Part shown: in pieces, positions 29,701 to 38,351 of the stretch
Numbering within the stretch: position 1 is the first letter of the stretch
How the letters are laid out: every line of letters begins with the position of its first letter
Assembly: GCA_951406725.2 (NCBI GenBank)
Contig: OX597822.1
Coordinates: 4,464,001 to 4,528,000, forward strand
DNA length: 64,000 nt
Direction of reading: 5' to 3'
Source: Octopus vulgaris
Lineage: Eukaryota
Program-made: the position numbers and the translations under genes
The notes under the pieces: model-generated
The model's database searches: none
What the model was told of the DNA's origin: nothing
The model's input: the letters and a program-made list of their open reading frames with translations, nothing else

Positions 29701-32700
29701 ACTGTTACAACATGAATATATATTTGAATATTCAAGAACCAGCCAATTAATTCTAATGTAAGAGAAGCAAAAAAAAAACAGAAAAGAAATCCAAGCTACA
29801 AACCTTTTAACTGTTCGAGATGGTTGCCTAAATTAGTTTCAAATTCAATGGCAAGTTTAGCAGCACCCAACACGACATCCTTTGGCGTTATGGAACCAAA
29901 TTTGGGGAGTTCTTTAAATCGCATGACAGCATTGGTTTCAGCTGTGTCTGGAGGTATTTCTGGCAATCTGAAATCAAGAAAAAGAAAAAAGTTCAAAATG
30001 AAATAGGTTTTCCATCCAAACATTGATTCTATAACTTTAATGTATTGAAGGTGCAGGAGTGGCTGTGTGGTAAGTAGCTTGCTAACCAGCCACATGGTTC
30101 CGGGTTCAGTCCCACTGCGTGGCACCTTGGGCAAGTGTCTTCTACTATAGCCTCGGGGCAACCAAAGCCTTGTGAGTGGATTTGGTAGACGGAAACTGAA
30201 AGAAGCCCGTCGTATATATGTGTATATATATATGCGTGTTTGTGTGTCTGTGTTTGTCCCTCTAGCATTGCTTGACAACCAATGCTGGTGTGTTTATGTC
30301 CCCGTTACTTAGTGGTTCGGCAAAAGAGACCGATAGAATGAGTACTGGGCTTACAAAAGAATAAGTCCCGGGGTCGAGTTGCTCGATTAAAGGCGGCGCT
30401 CCAGCATGGCCGCAGTCAAAATGACTGAAACAAGTAAAAGAGTAAAGAGAAGGTGAACACAAATGAATTTTGCGTGGATGGTCACTTTTTTCATAACTTA
30501 ACAGGAGGAGAAAGAGCAGTGCTCACGCCACTTTTCAGGGTCTTTGAAATTAGACCTGACCCAAAAGCCTGCAACAGAATGAACTTACCTAAAGGTATTC
30601 AAAGGTTAACTGTTGGTATTAACCCTTTGCCTATTTAAAACATTTTCATAAGTTTGTCCACAATGTTTAAGCATGTTTTCATACTTTTAACTTGTCCTAG
30701 TTTCATACTTTGAGAGATATAAAGCTTTCCTTTCATAAGTCCCAAGTTACTTTAGTGGTTGAAAAAAATTAGGAATGTGTATCATATATGACAAATGGAA
30801 GCCAGGGAAATATGTTCTGTGTACCACGTGATACACAACACCTGATTTAACCTTTAGCTTGTTTAGGACATCACATATTACACAGGACAGGTAAAGGGTT
30901 AAATAAGATGTAACAGTATCAGCCAATGTAAGTGAGACACAAAATTCCTACAAAGGATTTGAACCTGCTAAGCTTGTAGCCCAAGATCATATCCACTGAA
31001 CCATTCAGTAAAAAAAGGTTTAGGTGGGGATTTACCCAATATTTCTAAAGAATAACTTAGGTATTATTCATTTGATTACTGACCGATTTCCCATGTTATT
31101 ATGAGTTGGACTGGGACTTATTTTTGCATCAGATGCCCTTCTTGTTGCAAACCCCTCACATGTTTTTCAAGTAAGGGATTTGTTCCATAGGATTGGTTTT
31201 GAAAGCATAGGCCAATAGCAGTGTCTTGTAACTGACATCCATGCCGGTTGCACATAAAAACCACCTATCAAGTGTTGGGCCTCAAGGAAGCAATGTGGCC
31301 AATGCTGGTGTTGCGTAAGAAGCACCTTTCAAGCATTGGATAACTAGCACCTGTGCTGGTGGCATGTAAAGAGCCCTTTTGAGCATTGGACCTCACAGAG
31401 GCAATGACAAATGACCGAGACCTTTGGCAATATGCAGTATTTGAGTAGAAGACCCATCAAGCCAAGTGAAATCATAGTCATGGCAAATTATGGTGTCACA
31501 CAGCTGGCATCCATGCTGATGGCACGTAAAAGCGCCCATTACACTCTCAGAGTGGTTGACATTAGGAAGGGCATCCAGCCACAGAAACCATGCCAAATTA
31601 GACTGGAGTCTGGTGCAGCCCCCTCAGCTTGCCAGCCATGATCAAACTGTCCAACCCACGCCAGCATGGACAATAGATGATGATGATGAGAGTGACCGTC
31701 AAGAAGCAATGTAAACATCATGTCGCTGTTTCAGTCAGTGAAATGTGAAGTCATGGAACATTTATGCACAAATAGGTGCAGGTATGGCTGTGTAATAAGA
31801 ACTTTGCTTCCCAATCACATGGTTTCAATTTAACTCCCACTGCATGGCAACTTGGGTAAGGTGTCTTCTACTAAATCCTCAGGCTGATCAAAGTTTTCTC
31901 AGTGGATTTGGTAGACAGAAACTGAAAGAAGCTTATTGTATGTTTTTGTGAGTATGTATCTCTGAGTCCGTGTTTGTATCAGTCAAATGCTAAAATTGAG
32001 AATCACAGTTCTCTCATCTTAAAATTGTTGACATTGCATCTAAATAAGACACTCTTATTATCGTTATATTCAATGCGGTGAGCTGGCAGAATCGTTCGCC
32101 AGCTGGACGAAATGCTTAGCAGTATTTTGCCCATCACTATGTTTTGTGTTAAAATTCTGCTGAGGTTGACTTTATCTTTCATACTTCCAGGGTCAATATA
32201 TACCACTCAACAACCAGTGTTGGTGTGTTTATATACCTGTAGCTCAACAGTTCAACAAAAGAGACCAATAGAATAAGTATCAGGCTTTAAAAATAAGGAC
32301 TGGGGTCAATTTTTTAAGGTAGTGTCCCTTCATGGTCACAGTCTAGTGACTGAAACAAGTAAAAGATATACACACATACAGACAGACAGATATATATACA
32401 CAATGGGATAACATACAGTTTCAGGCTGGTAGTCAGCTATTTGCAATAAAATTGGACGTGTTTACGCTTGAGTGATTTGAATAGTGAAGCTGAATGTTTT
32501 AGGCAAATAAGATGGTTTGATTTTTGGCAGTGGTGTAGGAAGGGAGGTAATGCCAATGATCTTATCAAATCCTCCAAGACTAGTGAAAACGATAGTTTTC
32601 TATGTTCATAGAACCCTGATGAAAAAATAATGTAAATGATTCCTAAGCACAAGGGTAGAACAATTTTAACCCTTCAGCATTTAAACTAGGCATATCTGGC

Positions 32701-35700
32701 CCAAATATTCTACCTAATTTATTTTCAAACTAGCCAGCTCTGGTCTTTCACACCTACCCTACAATATCATTCTAAAAATATACAATCATCATCATCATCA
32801 TCGTTTAACGTCCGTTTTTCCGTGCTAACACAGGTTGGACGGTTCGACCGGGGTCTGGGAAGCCAGGGGCTGCACCAGGCTCCAGTCTGATCTGGCAGAG
32901 TTTCTACAGCTGGATGCCCTTCCTAACGCCAACCACTCCGCGAGTGTAGTGGGTGCTTTTTACGTGCCACCTGCACAGGTGCCAGGGGGTCCGGCATCGG
33001 CCACGATCGGTTGGAAATTTTAACGTACCACCGGCACGGAAGCCAGCCAAGGCGGCGCTGGCAATGACCACGTTCGGATGGTGCTTTTTATGTGCTACCG
33101 GCACAAAAGCCAGTCGAGGCGGCGCTGGCAACGGCCACATTCGGATGGTGCTTTTTATGTGCCACCGGCACAGGTATCACAACTACTATTTCCATTGATA
33201 TTTATTTCGATGTTCATGTACTTGACTCAACAGGTCTCCTCAAGCACAGCGGGATGTTCTGGAATCCAGGGTACTTTAAATGCGGAACTGGTGCAGGAAG
33301 CAGCCCGGGTCTAGACATTGTTAAAATTGTGAAGCTATGAGATAATGCATGACAAACTCAAAACAATGTGACTAAATAATAATTACATTCGACAGAGCAA
33401 TCTGAATGCTAAAAGGTCAAGGCTGTGTCCTTAGAACTACTTTATGGCAGGGAGGAGACAAATCTTCTTTCTGGACAGAAAATATTTTCAGTCATGGTTA
33501 CTGCATGGCATTAAAATGCTTGCAACAGAGTGGATTACACTATTGACACTCAAGAGCCAAATGGTTGTTTAAATCCAGGCAATGGATTAAGTCTTCTGAA
33601 TGAAATTTAGTAAACAAAAACTATGTGGGTGGAAGTGTGTCATTTGGTTCTCTTGGGGTGGTAAACTTAATCTATCACCTGATTTAACACCACCACCTTT
33701 AGGTGAGTCCTCTCTGACTGCAAACATTCCAGGCAGAGAATAAATTATTCTCTTCCTCCCACCAGTCTTGGACCTTTAAGAAGGTGATGAGTGCTTCCAT
33801 TTGTCCTCTGTTTAAGCAATTTAATAATAATAATAATAATAATAATATAAGCATGAGGCCTGAAATTCTGGGGAAGGGAGCTGGTTGATTACATAGACTC
33901 AAGTACATAAGTGGTACTTATTTTTCTGACTCCAAAATAATGATAAGCAGTTGACCTAAGCAGAAGTTGAACTTAGAACATAATAATGGTTTCAAATTTT
34001 GCCACGAGGGCAACAATTTTAGGGGAGGGGATGAGTTGATTACATTGACCCCCAGTGTTCAACCGGTACTTATTTTATTGACCCTAGAAGTAAGAAAGAT
34101 AAAGTCAACCTTGGCAGAATTTTAACACAAAACATAGTGATGGGTAAAATACTGCTAAGCATTTCGTCCAGCAGGTAAACGATTCTGCTGGCTCACCACA
34201 TTGAATATAACGATAATAAGAGTGTCTTATTTAGATGCAAAGTCAACAATCTTAAGATGAGAGAGCTGTGATTCTTAATTTTAGCATTTGACTGATACCT
34301 TATTTTATCGATCCCCTGAGAAGATAAAAAGTAAAGTTAACCTTGGCAAGATTTGAACTAGGAATGTAAAATGCTGGAAGTATGCATGGCATTTTTCCAA
34401 CACTTTAATGCTTCTGCCAGCTCGCCACCTTTATAATTTCTAATTTAGGCACAAGGCCAACCCATGCTAGCATGGAAAGCGGACGTTAAACGATGATGAT
34501 GATGATGATGAAGGCCAACATTTTGAGGAGAGGTTTAGTGAATACCATCGACCGTAGTACATAACTGGTACTTTATTTAGCATTATGTTATTATTACATC
34601 AGTCTTGAGAGACGGGTGTAATAGAATCAAATTATAGCAAAGGAAACAGCCACACAGTTTCTTGCCCTTTTTCTTTCTTCATGAGGTAGAAAAGAAATAT
34701 TAAACGCGTCTGGTTTTACGAAACAGTAAAAGTGTACTCTTTATTTTATCAACTCCAAAACGATGAAAGGCAAAGCTGATCTTGGTGTGATTTGAACTCA
34801 AAACCGAAAGGGCTGAAACAAATACTAAAAAACTTTTTTCTGCCTTCTAAGGGTAATAATACCAAATTTTTCTGCTGTTTTAACGGGGATACTGCGTTCG
34901 AAATATCACTTTGTATTGCACAATACATATTCGACGCTTCTAAAGAACTAATGCAAGTTTGTTTATATACACATGTGGTTGTTACACTACAAAGTATATT
35001 TTTGAAGCGTTAACGATTCTGTCCAATTGGCCAGAAATTTAGGTGAAAGAAAACATTGGTTCTATCACCCCAATTTTTAAAACGATATTGTAGGGTTGGT
35101 GTGAGAGACCAGATCTGGCCAGTTTGAACATAGAACAGGCAGAATACTTTTGGCCGGATATGGCCGGTTTAAATGTTAATGGGTTAAGTGCACGCCTACA
35201 CAACATAAGATCGATAGTATTTATGAGTTCAATATTTGTTGGGGCTCGAAGTCAATAAACATCCTCGAGAACCTTTTGAAGCTATCTAATAAAATTTGAA
35301 AGATTTTCAGAAATAACGAAACAAAGTTTCGAAAACATGCTGGGAAAGCAAGATTTCACGCGATTAGTCTTATATAATACGATAATTGTGTGTGTATATA
35401 TCTATCTATATATATATATATATATATATATATTCTGCTTATAGCCAACCGAGTATTTTCTGTGATATTTATAAGTTATTTCTTACATAGTCACACTCTA
35501 TTTAATAGACATTTGCAGTAGAAATGACAATAAACAGGTCTGGCAAGGCAATATAATAGGGTTAACACTGTCTTGTTTGAATTCGAAGGAAAATGTCAGA
35601 ATGAATTGTGTCGTAAATTTTTAGAAAAAACACAAAGATAAAAGACTCTTAAAATATAAAATGACGAACATATAAGATTCCGTGACGTTCATTCATTCTC

Positions 35701-36354
35701 AAGGACATTAGTTTCGTAAAGAAACATTACAAGAAATAACAGAAATACTCTACTTCATTAGAGTCAACTTGCCGACACCTTAAATATTTAGAGGAAAAAA
35801 ATATTAATATAAAGAAGAAACTGAGTATTTTTTAAAGCTAAATTACACAGTGATTGAATAGACGACGTTTTATTAATATAATTCACGAGAAGAATTTACT
35901 AAACTTCGGTTCTCTCTTCCCATGCTTCCAGCCTAATCAGCTGGTTCTACGCTTAAAATACAGAGAACAGTCCGAGATCAGACGGAGTCTCTCCTTACTG
36001 CACACACAAACATACACACCCAAGTACACACCCTTACATGCACACAAAGACACCCTTAGATGCACACAAAGACACCCTTAGATGCACCCAAACACACATA
36101 GACACCCTTAGATGCAGCGGGGGTCATACAAGAAATAAAGAAACCGCAGTAACCTTCACATCGAAGGGAGATAAAAGAGAAAGTCCATTAATGAAATATA
36201 ACAAGAACAACAGTGTTTACTGTAAATCATAGGTCACTTACAAGACATAGTATGAGGCATTCCGGACCGAGGTGTGAGGGAAGCCTGGCTCCAAGTGTTT
36301 CGTTCGCCGCAACAAGCACCTGCAAAGCCGACCTCGCACCATGGAGGCCGCCAT
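100..36354 (-). CDS. Spliced gene (15 exons in window, 3' end outside) encoding an M3A metallopeptidase, oligopeptidase A (OpdA/PrlC, plant OOP/CyOP)-like, with predicted mitochondrial presequence
   Basis: join(36242..36354,29804..29967,27040..27179,24976..25044,21703..21863,19504..19608,16180..16368,12653..12754,11451..11591,10175..10271,8075..8141,5047..5127,3981..4102,2177..2381,100..175). All introns GT-AG, phases consistent, no stops. Motifs GPWQVTL, R-IADILGYNSFAHMSMETKMA, WDVPYWRR, YFPL, FFFDPYAHQGKMSGTWM, LF(S)[17 protein letters not shown] and RQLYLSALDMELY match M3A peptidases. Confidence 0.93.
1255..1635 (+). mobile_element. tRNA-derived SINE with 12-bp TSD
   Basis: A box tggcccagtgg, B box ggtttcgattcc; TSD atatcagcagga at 1243-1254 and 1636-1647. 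Confidence 0.9.
2177..2381 (-). CDS. Oligopeptidase A-like exon 14 ([38 protein letters not shown]...HYQTGEPMPDEMVDTLLKG)
   Basis: ttccag acceptor, gtaatc donor; VEWDA and HYxTGEP motifs. Confidence 0.95.
2487..2804. mobile_element. hAT (Charlie-like) MITE
   Basis: TIRs cagtggttcacaacc / ggctgagaaccactg; degenerate NTCTAGAN-like TSD. Confidence 0.75.
2839..3077 (-). mobile_element. tRNA-derived SINE (abundant family with gtcgactttgcctttcatcc core)
   Basis: TSD agacatgtcct at 2828-2838 and 3078-3088; dozens of copies or fragments in the window. Confidence 0.88.
3178..3377 (+). mobile_element. CR1-like LINE 3' end with (TAAC)n tail
   Basis: DLWNKLPDEIV....ARFKVSLD motif then (taac)5. Confidence 0.75.
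3981..4102 (-). CDS. Oligopeptidase A-like exon 13 (RSDLHGVKPFSYLVLNLHKPLVPSIPTLMTLQEVHMLFSE)
   Basis: tttcag acceptor, GAG|gtattg donor; PxLxxxxEVxxLF motif preceding the zinc helix. Confidence 0.93.
5047..5127 (-). CDS. Oligopeptidase A-like exon 12 (GEYRASFFFDPYAHQGKMSGTWMEIGRE)
   Basis: ttccag acceptor, gtgaga donor; corresponds to F(Y/F)xDPYxR..KRGGAWM of OpdA. Confidence 0.93.
5505..6300 (-). mobile_element. Two adjacent RTE 3'UTR-only copies with (CAT)n tails on the plus strand
   Basis: catcatc-gtttaacgtccgctttccatgctagcatgggttggac and ctggatgcccttcctaacgccaaccact motifs occur twice. Similar copies at about 10913-11240, 18425-18640, 27641-28100, 32787-33310, 49320-49590 (-) and 18690-19160, 29270-29527, 31240-31690 (+). 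Confidence 0.88.
8075..8141 (-). CDS. Oligopeptidase A-like exon 11 (DESDQNDNSLPDVKLFGVYDEKG)
   Basis: caacag acceptor, gtaaga donor, 67 nt, phase 0 to 1. Confidence 0.88.
10175..10271 (-). CDS. Oligopeptidase A-like exon 10 (INESQIAQYFPLSHVLNSLFKFCEKLFGITIK)
   Basis: atccag acceptor, gtttgt donor; YFP..V..GLF....LFGI-type motif. Confidence 0.93.
11451..11591 (-). CDS. Oligopeptidase A-like exon 9 (YKNHFKPIAKEELEELQDFAVSEGFPHELQCWDVPYWRRIHKNQYYG)
   Basis: gtttag acceptor, gtgagt donor; WDxxYW motif. Confidence 0.94.
12653..12754 (-). CDS. Oligopeptidase A-like exon 8 (QDIADILGYNSFAHMSMETKMAGSVENVLTMLET)
   Basis: ttgcag acceptor, gtaagt donor; LG(Y/F)xxFA..S...KMA motif. Confidence 0.94.
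13040..13873 (+). mobile_element. 5'-truncated RTE LINE (second family): ORF C-terminus, modular 3'UTR and (GAT)n tail
   Basis: RRLRWYGHV...GRGRPRKTW motif; 3' end ccaacccatgctagcatgg...ggacgttaaacgatgatgatg. Confidence 0.9.
14154..14390 (-). mobile_element. tRNA-derived SINE, same family
   Basis: TSD tgttggttggata at 14141-14153 and 14391-14403. Confidence 0.88.
16180..16368 (-). CDS. Oligopeptidase A-like exon 7 (QQPKVGPWQVTLQSQVYQAFLEHCHNRTLRWNVWQAYNSRAG...IIHEIRLLR)
   Basis: taccag acceptor, gtaata donor, 189 nt; GPW-TL and NRxLR..Y..RA motifs of OpdA. Confidence 0.93.
17182..17593. mobile_element. MITE with ~29-bp TIRs beginning GG and a perfect 8-bp TSD (Merlin-like)
   Basis: TIR ggatcttttcRgtttgaMcggcagttttt; TSD ctaggttt at 17174-17181 and 17594-17601; internal ccctaaccctaa. 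Confidence 0.88.
19504..19608 (-). CDS. Oligopeptidase A-like exon 6 (SKVMVCQNMFSQWVTDYSFVKNMSPAIISMMAADK)
   Basis: gtccag acceptor, gtaagt donor, 105 nt, phase 2-2; not in the ORF track. Confidence 0.88.
19762..19997 (+). mobile_element. tRNA-derived SINE, same family
   Basis: B box gagttcaaattcc; TSD tatctttacactgg at 19748-19761 and 19998-20011. Confidence 0.9.
21703..21863 (-). CDS. Oligopeptidase A-like exon 5 (EVNADRSKLDTYQQQLLNLYLLEGHLNGIEISG...RNTFR)
   Basis: tttcag acceptor, gtaaaa donor, 161 nt. Confidence 0.92.
21907..22559. mobile_element. Three tandem TTAA-flanked (piggyBac-like) MITEs
   Basis: ttaaCCCTTTAGCATT...AAAGGGttaa units. Single copies at 5189-5414, 32666-33420 (interrupted by an RTE) and about 35070-35187. 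Confidence 0.8.
22610..23880 (-). mobile_element. Degraded CR1/L2-group LINE fragments
   Basis: SFLPRT..LWN.LP..VFP...DLQ.FK..INK C-terminal motif; degraded upstream remnants. Confidence 0.6.
24187..24511 (+). mobile_element. tRNA-derived SINE (further family, gtgttcttgagcaaaacac core)
   Basis: tggctcagtggtt A box; TSD atatttaaagc at 24176-24186 and 24512-24522. Confidence 0.85.
24976..25044 (-). CDS. Oligopeptidase A-like exon 4 (IHSQVDQAKNERWISEPLYNAVK)
   Basis: ttttag acceptor, gtaagt donor, 69 nt, phase 0-0. Confidence 0.9.
27040..27179 (-). CDS. Oligopeptidase A-like exon 3 (DPQMEKTFENVFNPIEEISVPLNYAWRLAKHLSYIKGNEKFRESFQR)
   Basis: ctttag acceptor, gtaagt donor, 140 nt, phase 1 to 0. 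Confidence 0.92.
27641..28100 (-). mobile_element. RTE 3'UTR copy with about five tandem ~62-bp modules
   Basis: Repeated unit ttttatgtgccaccgacacaggtgccagaYgaggctggcagacggccacgctcggatggtg. Confidence 0.88.
29804..29967 (-). CDS. Oligopeptidase A-like exon 2 (LPEIPPDTAETNAVMRFKELPKFGSITPKDVV...LEQLK)
   Basis: tttcag acceptor, G|gtttgt donor; LPxF motif typical of the M3A N-terminus. Confidence 0.92.
30050..30450 (+). mobile_element. tRNA-derived SINE with CORE-like accttgggcaagt segment and internal (TA/TG)n
   Basis: tggctgtgtggtaag...gggttcagtccc; ends gactgaaacaagtaaaagagtaaag. Other copies at about 4625-4995, 7144-7545, 31775-32366 and 62125-62577. Confidence 0.87.
31976..34298. repeat. 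223-bp inverted duplication (31976-32198 vs 34076-34298) in intron 1
   Basis: About 15 mismatches by hand count; includes unique sequence plus half a SINE. Confidence 0.92.
36242..36354 (-). CDS. Oligopeptidase A-like exon 1 (MAASMVRGRLCRCLLRRTKHLEPGFPHTSVRNASYYV-L), putative mitochondrial targeting peptide
   Basis: aagATGGCG strong start context; ends TT|gtaagt (phase 2), joining A-TTG of exon 2; Arg-rich N-terminus with only one acidic residue. Confidence 0.85.
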
Positions 36355-36943
36355 CTTCAGAAGGTTCAAGGGAGATAATTACGACTTTAACTCCCGCAAT
36401 TAATTTCAAAATTATTAATTAATAATCGATTGTGTTGCAGTTTATAATTAATTATCATAACCTGGAGTAATTTATACCATCGCAGCATCTCAGCAGAATG
36501 GTTTCTGCTTCATTTATGCTTTAAATCTCCTTGACAATACCTAACGCTTACATATATCAACGGCTAACACATAACATAGTTTCTTATCTCTAAAAATGTT
36601 TCGTGTTTCGTTTTTTTAATTTTTAATTTCTCATCGCACCTGGATCTGATGTTCTGAGATGCCAGATATTTTTCCAGGTGTTAAGAAATTTATTAATGCT
36701 ATTCTTAATATCTCCTGTCATCCAGAAAACATTAACCAATCTTATGTTTATTCAGTTATATAACCATTGCTCCTGGGAGGAACGACGAAATCTCAATGTG
36801 GTTGTTCGATCTGTTAGAAATAGTAGCTAAATCCCCTTCAACTAACACCCTGCTCTCTAAAAGAAATTGGAAGTGTATTTAATCTAAAATAACTGTTAGC
36901 TTAATTGGAAATTATTATACCAATCGGTAAAAAATAGAAAACA
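36355..36943 (-). promoter_or_regulatory. Probable 5'UTR/core promoter of the oligopeptidase gene (left arm of the inverted repeat)
   Basis: Directly upstream of ATG 36354; CpG dinucleotides appear retained locally compared with gene-body introns. An upstream non-coding exon cannot be excluded. Confidence 0.6.
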
Positions 36944-38028
36944 AAAACAATATCGGTTCAAGTATTAACATTATTTTAAAGTTTTAACAAAGACGGGAGA
37001 CGACTCCATGCACGTTTCGTCTTATTAAACCTTCTCAACGGAATGCAGTCGGTACGGAGCTCTTACAGAACCAAAACATGTCTTGGATCATCTTCTGCAC
37101 ATTTTTATCGCTAGTCAGGGATGAGAAGAACATCATCTATAACCTTTCTCTTTAGGACTTCCAAGACTGGATGAGGTCAGAAGGAAGTCACCTTCTAGCC
37201 AGGGACCTGATCTGAATGCTTACAGCAAAACCTGGTGACGATGTTAAAGAGAAGGATGGATTAAACTAACCACCCATGAACTTACAACGTAAAGAGCAAG
37301 AAAAATACCAAAAGGCACCTCAACTAAGACCCTCACAATTCTGCAAATCCACTGCGCTTGACCAATACTTTATAACCTTGTGGTGAGACCAATTTCTATT
37401 ATGGTATATAGAAAACATTTGAGTTATATAGGCTCATCACGTTAATCGTTACGGATTGGTCAACATGTTTTCTATTTTTTACCTAGTGGTATAATAATTT
37501 CCAATTAAGCTAACAGTTATTTTAGATTAAATAGACTTCCAATTTCTTTTAGAGAGCAGGGTGTTAGTTGAAGGGGATTTAGCTACTATTTCTAACAGAT
37601 CGAACAACCACATTGAGATTTCGTCGTTTCTCCCAGAAGCAATGGTTATATAACTGAATAAGCATAAGATTAGTTAATGTTTTCTGAATGACGGGAGATA
37701 TTTAGAATAGCATTAATAAATTTCTTAACACCTGGAAAAATATCTGGCATCTCAGAACATGAGATCCAGATGCGATGAGAAATTAAAAATTAAAAAAACG
37801 AAACACGAAACATTTTTAGAGATAAGAAACTATGTTATGTGTTAGCCTTTGAAATATGTAAGCGTTAGGTATTGTCAAGGAGATTTAAAGCATAAATGAA
37901 GCAGAAACCATTCTGCTGAGATTGTATAAATTACTCCAGGTTATGATAATTATTAATAAACTACAACATGCTCGATTTTTAATTAATAATTTTAAAAATT
38001 AATTGCGCAAGTTAAAGTCGTAATTATC
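36374..38028. repeat. Long inverted repeat: arms 36374-36943 and 37466-38028, spacer about 520 bp
   Basis: The right arm is the reverse complement of the left arm (gataattacgactttaac ... gttaaagtcgtaattatc), roughly 90-95% identical by eye with an 8-bp indel. Confidence 0.95.
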
Positions 38029-38030
38029 AT

Positions 38031-38351
38031 GTGAGTGTTTGGACATTTGTTGAGTCCTGTGCTGTGTTGAGTGTCGACAAGAATTGGATCGAAGGTCTAA
38101 TCACATTGTGTGTAATATACTTCAAACAACTAATCCGTATTATGTGTTTTGGAGCCTCCCTTTTTTGCATAAATTGGTGCAGCAAATTATTTACAAGTGA
38201 GATGGGTGAAAGTTTTTCATCAGGGCAAATTATGCGGATCCTGCATTTTTTTTTTTTTTTTTCAGAGGATAATTAACGTAACAGAACCTATGTAACCAAC
38301 AGCAACCCAAAGTGAATTATCAAAGCAATGGATCAAAAACCACCAGAGTTT
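38031..38351 (+). other. Putative intron (38031-38265) and exon (38266-38351, ATG 38328, MDQKPPEF) of a divergent plus-strand transcript
   Basis: Donor gtgagt at 38031 two bases after the right arm; (T)17cag acceptor at 38265; gcaATGG start context; candidate donor gtaatg at 38352. No convincing downstream coding exons were found. Confidence 0.35.

Noticed and set aside
36374-38028. Inverted repeat as an autonomous DNA transposon
   Set aside because: No TSD is evident and there is no transposase in the spacer. A foldback origin cannot be fully excluded without a copy-number search.
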